A stretch of 62,305 nt of DNA, filler included, from Choristocarpus tenellus KU-1152 (GCA_964200185.2; 10 parts of 10 records of this genome joined end to end with filler, not necessarily neighbours in it); one strand, 5' to 3'; positions 1 to 12,865 are shown, numbered from the whole stretch's first letter. Program-made: numbers and translations. Notes: generated by a model not told the origin, from the sequence alone.

Positions 1-140
1 CCCCCCCCAGATACCTTGAGCCTCATGAAGAGGAAGTGGACCTACATAGACTTACATAGACCTGCTACACAGTATGATGCATGGGGTGACGGCAGCATCA
101 AGATGGCCACAATATTTCCCCTTTTGTGCACTTCCGCAAT

Positions 141-397
141 GATTCAAAGTGAACAAGAGATACCCAGGTTTTGGTCGTTTTGCATTGTAAGTCAGATTTT
201 CATCCTTTTGCAATTCTGTCATATTTCTATGGATGAACCACTAAGTTGACTTGAGAGAGTTGATTCCTCCATTTTTTGAAATTTTTCGACAGAATTCAGA
301 AAATATCCTACACTCGTTTGTGATAAAAGTCGAATTTTGCGCATTTTTGTCAGCATCCTTAAAATGCGACTCTGGTACCTCTCGTTTACTTTGAATC
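141..397 (-). mobile_element. MITE family C, full copy
   Basis: GATTCAAAGTGAACAAGAGATACCCAG...TGGTACCTCTCGTTTACTTTGAATC, flanked by AAT/AGT. Confidence 0.85.
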
Positions 398-878
398 AGT
401 AGACATCAAGACACAGAAACGGCACTTTCATTGTGCTGAATCAATAGGGTTTGGTTTACTGGAGGGTACTCATACTTCAACGCAGGATCCTAGAAGTATA
501 CCCAAAGTCAAGCATGATGGGGGGGTCACAATTCAGTGTATTTTCTCCTTGGCAGTGATAATACAGGAGATGAGTTATGAGGAGAGGAGTGTCTCTGAGG
601 TCATGAATAATCGTTGTATCTCAATGGCATCTGATACTGTTATGTACAACTAAATTATGTTACAGCAATAGCAAGGAATAGGATCACAGTGTGATTGTGA
701 TGAATTGTTGTGATTTCAAATATGTTTAGGTTGACTATCAATAGCTTCATCATCACTCTTCTAGAATTCCACTCCTGTAGCACCAGCCTAGTTACCTGTT
801 GGAAAGTTGCATCCGTGGGGAAACAGTCTATGTTTGATATAGCCTTAGCCTCAAAACAACTTCGGTATGAAGAATGCA

Positions 879-1057
879 GACCCAAAGTATCTGTGAGGGG
901 GGGGGGGGTCTACATCAGGGTGTCCACTTGGGTCAAAATCAAGAAAAGTGCATTTACATTATCTATCAGACGTATGCAACCAGATCATCCAAAAATCAAG
1001 ACATGAAAAAATTGCCCCCAAATGGACAGCCACCACTCCCCCCAGATACCTTGAGCC
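879..1057 (+). mobile_element. MITE family A, full copy
   Basis: GACCCAAAGTATCTG(G-run)...(C-run)CAGATACCTTGAGCC with a 4-bp TSD TGCA. Confidence 0.9.
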
Positions 1058-1127
1058 TGCACTGGGAGAGTATTACAATACTTGATTGACCGTGAGTGTG
1101 TGGGAATGTGGGATGTTTTCTTGAAGT

Positions 1128-1382
1128 GAGTCAAAGCATTTAAGAGGGTAGGAGTTTTGCCCTGTTAATCCGTTCGGGGCTTGGCTTCCTACGTGTTATT
1201 TATGCCATTTTTTTGTTTACTGTGTGAACACAGTCACCTAAAATATATGCGACAATGAAAGGCGTGTCCGGAGTGAGGATACTGACACTTACTAACAAAC
1301 ACAACCAAAATTCATCAAAATCGCGAAATTGGATTTATTATCCCGAACGGACGTGGCCCTACCCTCTCAAATGCTTGGGGTC
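1128..1382 (-). mobile_element. MITE family B (B2 variant, no central hairpin)
   Basis: GAGTCAAAGCATTTAAGAGGGTA...TACCCTCTCAAATGCTTGGGGTC with a 3-bp TSD AGT. Confidence 0.85.
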
Positions 1383-4300
1383 AGTTACGGCTTCAATAGA
1401 ATTGGAGGTGTGCACCCAAGGAAAAGATCCATACAAAACCCACGATTTCACTTGTTGAGTGCAGAAAGTAAGATGTAATGTTATCATTGCGACACATTAT
1501 TCTCTGCGTTCGATGCGTTCAATTTTTTCAGAATGCTGTGTGTGGGCAAACATCTCATGCAGTGCTTAGGAATTGGAATATGAAGCAAGTAACATGTTGA
1601 TGGCCTCAACGCAAGGATTCTGAGTCTGATCTTACAACTCAATCCTGAGAAAAGAAGCCATTTCAAGGTGTGCTTTCAAAAGAAACCTTCTTTTTTTGCT
1701 CAGCACTACGTTGTACAGGTCGGCAATGATGTGAGGTATACACCAATGCTTTGGTCGATATGTATCACCACCTATGTCTAGGAAGGACATAGAGTTAGGT
1801 GGAGGGCGAATATGGGCAGTATTGTACTGGATGGACTATAGCTACAAATGCACACAGATCGAACAACATAGCACAAAAGAGAGTCAGCATAGCTCTAGAC
1901 CACCAAGTGGGTTGATACAGATTACTGTGGGATGAACCAGACTGAGTTAACACGAGTCAGAGGTATTGACAACAATTCCTCCAGGCACCTCGAGCTGGAC
2001 TTTCACCGAGAAATGGTGAAGCGTAGGATCCCCACATCAGATCTTAGATCTAGTGTTGTTATGTAGTTTAAGCATTTGAAACGCCTCTCTCAAAAGAAGA
2101 GATCTTTGGTTTACTTTCTTCTAATCGAACCTGACAAAACTGCTTTCCAATGTAATGTTTTGACTATTTTTACCACTTCATTCTCATTATCTATACTTGT
2201 CACAAAATATATACCATACACCTATTGTTCTTGAAACGACCTTGCACAGTCTTCCCCTGTATGATATTGTTTTCTACGTGATTCGTAAAATATCAGTTGG
2301 TTATTAAATAGTACCCTCGCGGCTCAATTGCAATCACCAATTGCTTCAACTGTTCTGATATTTACTTTAGCTAACGTCAAATTGCTAACAATCACACTGA
2401 TGATGAAATTTGGGATTTGTTTGTCTTGACATACACAAACTGATATATGCTGTGCCGATTCTTCCAGTCTTATCATAAACTGAATTATAAAGAAGGTTGC
2501 GCAAACTCTCTGATCTCCACAATAGCATGTTATTTCTTCATTTTCTGGTTCTCTCTTCTCTTAAATTATAATCTTTCAACAAAGTAGAATACCTATGCTA
2601 TAAGCAGCATCTAGTTTTTGATGAGTTGTATCTGAACCAGGGTCAACTCTTGACTGTATGCACTGCGTTTCCAAAAAAAAATGTTGGCCACAACAATTCC
2701 CAACAACGGTCGACTTGGACAAGATAGGATGACTTGGAGAATATGAATTAGTTCATCTATACCTCAGAGTATGCAGTAGTATGGGTTTTAGAGGGATCCT
2801 TCACCCTCTGGGGCATAACGTAGAGAGCACTTTCAACACAAGTTTTAGCAATTTAATTGCTTTTGAAAGAAAATTTAGGCCATTCCTATCATAGAGGGGG
2901 GTATATTGAGGTTTTTTGTGAAGTATTTTAGGATTTGAAAAATCTTCTTCCACCTGAAGTCCCATTTCCCGTGCCTGAAATGCAGCTCACCACCCTTAGG
3001 CGGTGTAGCTGTAGGAGAGAAGAAGAACATTCGTCCACAGAAGCATGACTCCTTTCTGAGTACTAGAAGCACATAGGCAGTCACAGAGGTTAAAAATACT
3101 CGATGACCTCAACAACCCCCCATCAAAAGTCGGATGGCTTATTGGTCAAACTTGTAATTCCACCAGAATAGTTCAATCGTTTTGTGGAGGGTGATTTTTT
3201 TGGAAAAAATGTTTTGCATAGACCATAATAGTGTGGAAAACAAGACAACATGAAATATTCGCACAAGTTGGTGGGAGAACTCAAATGGGTCATGTGGATG
3301 ATGCATTGAGATAGTCATAACATCTCATTATACCCCATTGCAGTGTTAGGCTGGGCGGGGCAGTCTATAGTCTGGATCCAATAACACATGCTGGATATGC
3401 TATACTTCCATAGGATGAACCCATGATTCTAGCAGTTCTTACCTTTAAACGGTTAGAAAGTAGGCGGAAGTCACAGATAGTGACCCTAGGTGACGAATTG
3501 AGATGTGCCCAATATCTCTAACTTTGGCAGGTTCTGCCTACTGAATATGCACACCACAAACAAGCAGCTGGGACTCAAGAATATCAAGTGTCTTCTGGTG
3601 GTAAGAAATGGGACAATGAAACATTACTTCATCCCCACCGTATATCCCTCAAAATGATGATGATGGCTCATAAAGGGACACGCGCGTATATATATATATA
3701 TATATAGTCGCTTGTTCATTTCTGAATATATGATTTTGACATGATGTGAAGGGGAATGGGATATAGAGAGGCTTTGCCAGTAAATGATAGAAACGAAATG
3801 CAATCTCTTTCTGTCCTGCCTTTCTCCTGCTTCTTACAGCAGAGTTGAGTTATGCCTTGCATTTTTACTTTTGTCATCCCCGGTGCTGGTGCGTCTTCCC
3901 AAGGCAGAGGTACAATCTTGTGTATATATAAGAACTAACTTGGAGTAGCTCTTATGTCACATTGTTGTACTACTAAGAACTGGAAAGATGGATTATACTC
4001 CGAAGAACAGTGTAAGACTAGCTTTGATTCTGAAGAGAGGGAGTCCTTGCATGTCCCTATTAAAAAGAAGAATGGAGGAACTTGACAATGCGTGCATACA
4101 CATGCTACAAAAAACCTCATGTATCACATCTCCTTGTGACTTGTGAACCTCCCCCAACAGTCTAGGTCACACCATAACGCTGATGTACCTCAAAAGGTTT
4201 GGGAGGAGATCGACTATTATAATATGTCTTGTTGCTTCAAATCGGGTCAAGCATGTCATCAACTTCTGTGTTGCTTTGTCCTGCAAAAAACTGATACCAG

Positions 4301-5144
4301 GCTGCAGGAGGTGGTGGGAGAGGAGAAGTAGGAGACTTTTCGATGAAATTTAGTCGGGTTTCATGCAGAAAGAGGTAAGATCTGATATATTTGGAAGTGC
4401 ATTGAGAGTGCGAGGAAGAGGGATAGCATGGGGATTGAATACGCAAACTCAGTCGTTGGTGGATACCAACAAAACCTCAAAGGAGGGCATTAACAGGCCT
4501 ATACACAAAAACCTGGATGTCCTGAGTTCAAGAACATATGAACAATTGGCAACCTAGTTCTGTCCCTAAAGTTCACATGAATGCATAAAGCCTGAATGAA
4601 TGGAATTGTTCTTGATGCAGAAATTTTCTTGCTAATGCTCCTTCAATTGTTTTGATCAAGGAGTCGACTCACTCAGGTACTCTCTTGGTTTATCATCCCA
4701 ACAGTTTCCACAGAAATGGTACGAACATGGAACAATATACTAAAGCCCAGTCCTCGATATTTTGGTTTGAAGGTAGTTTTAGCTGCTCTATGTTTCCCTC
4801 TAGATGACTAGTAATATGCTGGGAATGCAGCATGCAGCATAGAAATTATGTGTCCTTAAATAGCCCCAGTTTTGACTTGGACATTTCTTCCTTGATACCC
4901 CAGGTCTAGCTTGACATAGAAACCCTTGACAAAAGTGAGGTGATCCTTGCCTCGATAAGCTTTCAACAGCATGTTAGTCGTCTCCTGGAGTTGTTGCATA
5001 TTTATTCTTCAGAACATGTGTGCAGAATTAATTGACCAGGAAATGTGCACTTATATTGACTCAAAGTATCTGGGGGTGGGGAGGGGGGGGGGGGGGGGGG
5101 GTGGGGGGGGGCCCCCGTTCCAGGCAAAGCGCCCTTTTTTTGTG

Positions 5145-5244
5145 NNNNNNNNNNNNNNNNNNNNNNNNNNNNNNNNNNNNNNNNNNNNTTAATTAATTAA
5201 NNNNNNNNNNNNNNNNNNNNNNNNNNNNNNNNNNNNNNNNNNNN
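5145..5244. other. Artificial contig linker (N44-TTAATTAATTAA-N44, stop codons in all six frames)
   Basis: The identical 100-bp linker also occurs at 11466-11565, 14524-14623, 21125-21224, 31829-31928, 36179-36278, 43073-43172, 46519-46618 and 58940-59039. Confidence 0.98.
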
Positions 5245-5368
5245 CGGACCTTGCCTGGGTTTCGCCTCCCCCCCCCCCCCCCCTCCATCTTGCTGGAGTA
5301 ATCACCCTCCCCCACCCCCAACCCTGCCTCCCCTTGCACGACTTGAAATGTTTGCGCTGTGGCCTCAG

Positions 5369-7139
5369 GGCTGGGACTTCACAAGCTCCCCCCTATCAAG
5401 TACATAAAGCTCATTTTCACACTACTCACACAACACTACCCCATGCGACTGGGAGCGGTGCTCTTTGCAAACGCCGGTCATGGTATGATGCTCTGCTGGA
5501 AGTTCTTGTCGCCCCTTGTGAGCTTGAGAACCAAGAAGAAGATGCGGTTCATCCCTACAAAGTAAGTCCCAAGGCATATGTAGAGCACCTTTTTGGGGTG
5601 GGGGAGTGAGCTCTGGTATTATCAAGGGTTTGTGTGTTTGTGTGTGTGTGTGTGTGTGTGTAGATTAATGGAATTAGACATTTGTATTGTGTAATTAGTT
5701 GGTGGTCTGACTGATACTTGGATATATATCAGGAAAGAGGATATTTTTAAATGCTCTAATTCATACTTTCATCATGTTATTTAAACAAAAGCCAATGGTA
5801 TCTGCATGTGGTGTATGTATGGACATTTTTTTTTGTATGTTCACCGTGTAAGTGGAAGCCCATATCGTGGTCTCGGACTGGACATGTTAAGAGGTAGTGG
5901 TGATGGACCAGCCCAATGCTTGACCCTATTTATGTCTCCGAAGACCTTCAACGGGTCCTGTTCAAGTATGTTGATACCTGAACGGGCTATGCAACCAGTC
6001 CAGTTTGTAGCATCTGGCGTCCCTGGACTGGGCCTTTGAAGATAGCATTGGAACCGGGCCAGACCAAGTCAAAATGAATTCGGTGGACCCCCCAAAAAAA
6101 ATGTTTGTACTGAGTGCATACATACCGTAGTAAAATATATATTTTTTTGTGAAATTCCTCCCTCCCGGCCGCATCTCGAGCTAGCAATGATTCAATCGCA
6201 TCTCTTCGATTTTAATCAACGTCGAAACTTTTCAATTGGTCCAGAAAAGGTATATTAATATTATTATTAGTATCATTTTTAATATCATCATTATTATACT
6301 TGTCTGCGCTCCCGAGTACGAGTGTGTTGGCGTGCAAGGGGATTGAGTCGATCTTCATCACCTGTCAATGTTTGAATAGGAACATCCCGTGGCCGTTGTT
6401 GCCGTGGCTTTTGAGTGAATTTGTGTGACGAGTCGCTTTATTTTTTTCGGTCGACTTCAAAAAAAAAAAATGTTAGTTCGGCACTTCTTACGTTTGTTTT
6501 ATTATATATTGAGGTTTGAGTGAAGAAACGGTTGGGGGGAGGGGGGAAGGGAAACACTCATTAGAATCTTTGATTCGATTTTTTTGCGTCTTCCCGTGAC
6601 TCGTAGCTTGTAGGTTCCATAGGAAGTCCTGTGTTGGGATGGAAAGGCGCAAACACTCAGCTCTTTCTTTTTTTTTGTAGGAGTACAGGCCCAAAGCATT
6701 TAAGAGAGTAGGGCCGCGTCACTTTGGGATCATCAATCCAATGTTGCGATCTTGATTGGTTTTTGGCTGTTGTGTTTGATAGTAAGTGTCAATATCATTG
6801 CTTTGGACGTACACCTTTCATAGTCGTATACCTTTTTGGTGACTGTGTTCAAACAGAAAACCGTAAAGGGGCATAAAAAACCCATGGGTATAATGTATAC
6901 ATTTTACCTACTCCTAAACATTTTGGAGTAGGTAAAATGTCACTAAAAACCCGTGGGAAGCCAAGCCCTGAATGGGCAAACAGGGTAAAACTCGTACCCT
7001 CTTGAGTGCTTCGGGTCTAGACATCGTCCCAAATGCAGCATCTCTTGAGTGCTGGGAGTCTTGTCCACCGCTTCTCCCCCAGACAGGATAAAATATACCG
7101 TGTTTGTTGCTGCAAATATTGTGTGTGTTGTGTGTGTGT

Positions 7140-7170
<31 letters not shown>

Positions 7171-8512
7171 GTGTGTTTGTTTGTTCGTTTGTTTGTGTTT
7201 GTGTGCGTTGATTTAGTATGTGTTAATCCTATTGCTCAACACACTCTGCTTTTTTCAAGTTCGGAATTGATCTTCCTTGGGTCTCGGTAGTGAGACATGC
7301 TGTAAGCTCATTGGCCTCAGGGTGATATAGAACACCTTTTTTGGACCTCTGTCTCGGATTGTTTTAACTCACCATGTTGGACATGTATTCTCACATATGG
7401 ACACGTGATTTTGTAGAACTCGTTGAGGTGTGGGACGGCGCGATGTGGGTGCACTGGTCTGTCCAGCGGGTCGACTTTTTATTTTTTGGTTTACTCAGAT
7501 GCTGTGGAAAACTGTTCTAAAATGGAGTGCATACATTGTGTAACGTTTTTAGTAGAAGCATACAGCTTTGCTCGGCGTTCCTCCGACTGATCGTGAGATT
7601 CTGGAAACCTACTGAGTAAGAGAAAGAAATCAGAGATCACCAGAGCGGGGTAACATATATATTTATATTGTGCCCTCCGACATTTTGCAGATGTGTCAGG
7701 GTGAGAGCCAGTTCAATATTGGAAGAACTCCTGTAGAAAAAAATGGTTGTCGCAAGTGTGGAAGATGTAGTGGTGTATACATCATGCATTTACCCTGAAA
7801 TGATACAGTGAATTTCACATATACTGTCAATAGTCTCATTCTTAGTCATACTGTACAATTAATTGACTAATTATCGTTATCGGGGATGATTAAGTGGTCT
7901 GGCCCAGTCATCAGACATCATCGGGCCAACTGGGACATAATGGACAGACTTGACCTGAGAGTAATAGTGGTGGAAAACAGATTGTTTTGTTCAAGAAGTT
8001 GATAAAGGGAGGCATTATTTTCTCACTTTGTTGAAAGAATTTCTTAGGGTTTCAACCACGGAAAAATATGGTATACTAACAACACGTCATTTTATTTTAT
8101 ATTCTAGCAAACGCAACTCTTGTTGGTTGGTATTCTTGAGCATCTCCAATTTGAACAGGTTAGTGCCCCTCCCACTTAACCTACGTTTCTGTCATATTTC
8201 TTTGTGTTCTTACAGCAAGAGTAACTGTCGCTCACCAACATTGGTGATAATATTGTCTTGATTTGAACCAGCCCTGCAGGGCATGACAAGAAAAGCAAAT
8301 CCTCACACAGGTTCCTTGTCCATACCTCGCCACCTCAAACTCATTCACTCAGTCACATGCTTACCTCTGTCCTTCACTCTGTATTTTCTAGGAATATCCA
8401 GTTCATGACTGATTACATCCATCCCAATCAGCTGCTGGCCTGTGCAGGGGGCCTGAACATCTGGCAATTCGTTCCAGAGGAGTATTACCATAGTGATGCC
8501 TCCAGCATGTAG
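5369..8512 (+). CDS. CRAL-TRIO (Sec14-like) lipid-binding domain protein, last two exons (5369-5561, 8392-8512); 5' part outside contig
   Basis: The spliced frame reads GLGLHKLPPIKYIKLIFTLLTQHYPMRLGAVLFANAGHGMMLCWKFLSPLVSLRTKKKMRFIPTK|NIQFMTDYIHPNQLLACAGGLNIWQFVPEEYYHSDASSM*. It has the HYP.RL..W....P....T..K..F and downstream QL...GG pattern of CRAL-TRIO. The phase-2 intron GTAAGT...TTTCTAG keeps the frame. Confidence 0.85.
6688..7017 (+). mobile_element. MITE family B, long composite copy in the CRAL-TRIO intron
   Basis: GGCCCAAAGCATTTAAGAG...CTCTTGAGTGCTTCGGGTC, flanked by TACA/TAGA, with a central hairpin at 6899-6940. Confidence 0.85.
7118..7206. repeat. (TG)n/(TTTG)n microsatellite
   Basis: Directly visible. 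A similar (TG)n lies at 5632-5661. Confidence 0.9.
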
Positions 8513-8666
8513 AAAACCCTGTTCCCATCATACCCCATGAAAAGGGTAGATCAGAGGGACCAGTGGGAAAGGATTACTGCAACGCTGCTGCTATGCTTCT
8601 ACATCTATGCCAACAGTATTGATGGAAGCAATAAGGAAATAGAGAGGTTTATTTTGAATTTCATTT

Positions 8667-8922
8667 GAGCCGAAGCAAACGAGAGGTACCCAGGTATTTG
8701 TATTTTAAGGATACTGACAGATGTGCAAAATTCGACTTTTGTACAAATATGTGTAAAGACCTTTCTGGATCCTGTCGAAAAACTTCAAACAATGGAGAAA
8801 TCAGCGCTCTCAAGTCAATCTTAGCACTTCATCCATAGAAATCGGAGGGAATTGCAAAAGATGGAAATAGTGGGTTTAAATGCAAAACGACCAGAACCTC
8901 GGTATCTCGTTCACTTTAACTC
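8667..8922 (+). mobile_element. MITE family C, full copy
   Basis: GAGCCGAAGCAAACGAGAGGTACC...GGTATCTCGTTCACTTTAACTC, flanked by ATTT/ATTG. Confidence 0.85.
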
Positions 8923-9944
8923 ATTGTTGAGGTGGGACACCTTGGATGATCCTGCCTTTTTGTTCTGGGGTGTGCGTGTGACTTGGTGCTTTAAGGTACG
9001 AGTCAGGAGTTATCATCACCCAACAAGCATCCCCTAATGTATGTGGGAGGGTAGATAGAATGTATGGATAATGAAACAAAGTGTATGGTTGATTCAGTGA
9101 TAATAATATACTACAAAAAAAAAAATGCCATGTTCCTTTGAGTACGTGTATCTGTGTTGTCATCTACTTCTGAGAACCGTCACTTCTCTTGTCGATTGGC
9201 GAGCTTTTCATTCTTTTGAAATGTTATCGCTACTAAGATTTCAAGCTACGAATCTTCTCTTCAAGATGTGTGCAGTGAGTGGATCGAGCTCTACCCCTTT
9301 TGATTGTGTACGGAAATAATACATCCAATGATGCTTGCCACTGTTCCGGGATGAGGTAGCACGTCGTTTTTTCTTCCTTTCTTTTTTCTGGTGCCGCTGA
9401 GTGGTGCCACAGATTTTATCATCACAGTCATAAATAGAGAGAGGGAGAGATTGAAGAGCTCACACTGTGTGTGATGTATCTTAGTTTAGAAGAGAAAATT
9501 GGTAACATGGTACACAAGGTTGTTAGAGGGACACTATTTTTAAGCTTGTGTCCTGGGCTTAGTATAAATATTTTGTCCTCTCATGAGAGTGTTGCTAGTT
9601 TTAGGTCTTCGAGTGTCTCGTGTCGGACGTTTCACCCAGTCAAAGGCCCAGAACAATTATTTGGGGGGGTTGCTTGTTTTCAGGTTCCCAAATCGAGCGT
9701 CACACAAGTTCTGAAACTAAATGACCCATCCCAGGTATCTCTATGAATGTAGGCAGGAAGTCTATTGCCTATCGCCAGGCTGTACAGTTATCTGCCCACT
9801 GAGATTTTGCAGATTATTGATATTGTTGTAGGAAAAAAAGACCATACAAAAGAATACAACAGAGATTGCATAGTTTACAACAAAAAGGTCTATAGTTGTG
9901 TGATATCGTCTAGGAAGAAACTGAATGATGTGGATGGTTGCATT

Positions 9945-10212
9945 GAGCCAAAGTAATTAGAGGGTATCCAGGGTTGCATTGTAAGGATGCTGACAAATAT
10001 GCAAAATGCCGCGTATGTATAAAATGCGTGTGAGGACTTTCTAAATTATATCGAAAATTTCTATCAATAGAGAAATCAAGGCTCATAAGTCCATCTTACC
10101 ACTTCATCCATAGAAATCGGAGGGTAAATTGCAAATGATAAAAAAAATGCTTATAATGCAAAACCCTAACCCAAACAGTCAAAACCTGGGTACCTCTTGT
10201 CTACTTTGGCTC
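9945..10212 (+). mobile_element. MITE family C, full copy
   Basis: GAGCCAAAGTA...TACTTTGGCTC with a 3-bp TSD ATT. Confidence 0.88.
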
Positions 10213-11565
10213 ATTCCAAGACTATTACTGTGAAGGCGGTGTAGAGATGATTGAAGGAGTTCAAGAGTCGGTCAGGTCCCAACTGGTCCACTGGCACAGT
10301 GCCTCCAGCAAAGAGTGCGTAACAGCAAATTTGTGCCAGGACTGACTCATTCTGTTGTTGCAGATGTTCCTTCACCCGTCCCCTTCTTGCTGAACCCCAC
10401 TGCCCCCCTACCATCAACTATGTGAGTCTCTTTCTTGGTTACAAGGAATTCACCTGGCTGTGAGTAAAGACCCACAGTCCAACCTGTTAGTCCTGCAGTG
10501 CAATAATTGAAACCGTCTGAAAACTGTCTGGAAATTTGCACTCAGTGAGTGGTTGTGTAACATGAAGCCACAAGTGCTGATTAGTATCACAACCGATTTG
10601 AACGTGAAACATACGCTGTGACCTGGTAGACTAATTAAACTGAAATATTTCAATGTGGTCCGAAGTGGTTTATTTTATTTACGGTTGTGCACAGGGCACA
10701 ACTCAGCAGCGAGAAGGGCAGAATAAACATTTTATTCAATGAGGTGCTTGGAGAGGCAAGCACCACAACAATATATTCCAATCAAACGAGGCAGACGCAG
10801 GAAGAAGTTGTGTAGTTGTCAATATTTCTAGGCTATTGTTGAAGGGAAGGCAGCAGCAGCACTAAAATGCAGGGGGTATAAAGAAACCCAGTGCAAAATG
10901 GAGGTGTGTGTGGGGTCTGTGGTGGAGACTAAACGGAACAGGATTTACTAGGAACAAGCTAATACTTCCACATGTTGGACATTTCACCCCATAACCACCA
11001 TAGATCAGTTTTCATGTTATTGTGTGCAAACCTTGAGAAAAGTGCATGAACGAGCAAAGAGAGTGATGAAGAATTTGGAGTGTAGGAGTAACTCTCTGAC
11101 GCACCCATTTTTGCTCAAACCCAGAAATGGTAAGCGTGCAGTTGAAAAGTTTTGGTATAAAGTAACCATCATTGTTGCCTCCCCGACACCACCTAAAAAA
11201 TAGGAATGCAACAAGCAGCATCCCAGCAAAAAGGATGGCAAAATAGTATTTCTTCATTCTGATGGCATCTCAAAGTCGAGGAAAGTGCTACACTTACAAC
11301 CAAGCCCAGCCCATGCACTGCATGAGGATGAATAATGGTACTAGTGTCTCACTCGTTTAAAAACAACAAATTTTGTACATAGCACTTCTACTACATGCGG
11401 AGTATTTATTACTTCATTGTAGGGATAATGCAAAATTGTGGTTTGGTCAAAGTATCTGGGGGGGGNNNNNNNNNNNNNNNNNNNNNNNNNNNNNNNNNNN
11501 NNNNNNNNNTTAATTAATTAANNNNNNNNNNNNNNNNNNNNNNNNNNNNNNNNNNNNNNNNNNNN

Positions 11566-12034
11566 ATCTGCCTATGGACCTAGAGCAGTCGTCACAACAC
11601 TTGTCCCTGAAGGGGGCACGCCCATCGATTGGAGACCCCAAGATTCTTGCTTACGGAATGAGAAGAGCAATTGCTGTACCTGCCACTAGGGGAGCAGGAC
11701 ACTAGCAGGAGCAGTAACTAAGCATCCACCAAAAAGGAAAGGAGGAGCTAACCGTGGGGAGCCTGGGAGCAATCTAGCCGCTGGAACCATAAACTCATGG
11801 AAGAGAACACAGAAGGTCAGCGGAGGAGGCGGCCAAGGTACAACTGGTCAACGTACGGACCATATTACTACAAGATCCCCTACCAGAGACGAGATCAGGA
11901 CCAACAGAAGATGTTTAAACTGTGGTCTGATCAAGCATATTGGTCCTTGTTCTTTTGAAGGAATATGCTACAACTGTGGAGGTAAAGGAAACCTTCAGAT
12001 CGTTTGTCGGGCGAGGAGAGCGACACCGTCTTAA
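11566..12034 (+). mobile_element. Degenerate LTR-retrotransposon gag C-terminus with two zinc knuckles
   Basis: RCLNCGLIKHIGPCSFEGICYNCGGKGNLQIVC at about 11910-12007 is a decayed CX2CX4HX4C pair, lying upstream of the Copia RT. Confidence 0.6.
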
Positions 12035-12409
12035 CAGGCGGAGAAATTAGCTGGACCAGGGTTGGAGCCAGAAAAGAAAACCAGAGGAAGCTTGTCAGCA
12101 AAGGGCTGCCTGCACAAGACTTGTAAGTCTGGGGAGTAAATAATAGCTACTCCAGACCATCAAGAACCATCTTCTATATCAGAGGCACCCTGGGATAGTG
12201 GTGAACTTATGGAGGAGACTGAGGACAACATTGACGGTGACAACGAGTTGGAGGAGACTGAGGAAAGCAATGATGGTGATACTTCCGCCAAAGCTGCTGT
12301 TATTGTTTTTTAGCATGTCCAATTTTTTTTAATGACTTGTTTGTCTGTTTCCATAGAGACTACCCTTGTGATGTGTGTGAGTGATGATTCTATCAGAGTG
12401 TCAGCGGAA

Positions 12410-12865
12410 GAGCTCCCTCCAGAACCCAAGACTGTAAGAGCAGCACGTAGCTCTCCCGAATGTGATTGATGGGATCGAGCTAGAGCAGAAGAGATGTCTG
12501 GTTTGTTGTTGAATAATGTTTGGGTGGAGGCCGTATTACCCCCTGGACGCAGGGCAATAGACACTATATGGATTCACAAGCGTAAGACTAACAAATTTGG
12601 TGAGGTAGTTAGATACAAGGCACCTTTGGTAGCAAAAGGTTTTCGACAGATTGAGGGTTTACATTACCAAGATACCTTTGCGCCAACACCATCCCCTGCG
12701 TCGTTGAAAATGGTTTCAGCATTAGCTGCAGACAAGGATTGGGAATTGAAGCACTGGGATGTGAAACAAGCTTTTATCCAAGCAGGCATAAGTGAAGAGA
12801 TCTTTGTTCGTTTATGTAATGGATGTGGTATATGGTCTGGAAAGATTGTACGTTTAGTCAAGGCC
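12410..12865 (+). mobile_element. Ty1/Copia reverse transcriptase (RVT_2) fragment, truncated and decayed
   Basis: EPKTVRAA..W..A..EEM..L..N.VW...PPGRRAI..WI.KRK....GEVVRYKA.LVAKGFRQIEG..Y..TFAP....WELKHWDVKQAF. There is an in-frame TGA near 12467 and the fragment ends before the YVDD motif. Confidence 0.92.

Larger units (their letters stand above)
25..4376 (+). pseudogene. Decayed multi-exon gene(s) of unknown family, interrupted by MITEs
   Basis: Exon-like blocks with AG/GT borders at about 781-1091, 1719-2066, 2931-3089, 3840-3909 and 4308-4374. They carry in-frame TGA/TAG and two exonic MITE insertions. Confidence 0.45.

Noticed and set aside
5189-5200. Recurring TTAATTAATTAA as a biological motif
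   Set aside because: It is always centred in 44+44 N, so it is a six-frame-stop linker added when contigs were concatenated.
7490-7612. Antisense exon nested in the CRAL-TRIO intron
   Set aside because: It is a short open frame with plausible borders but no homology clue or partner exons I could support.
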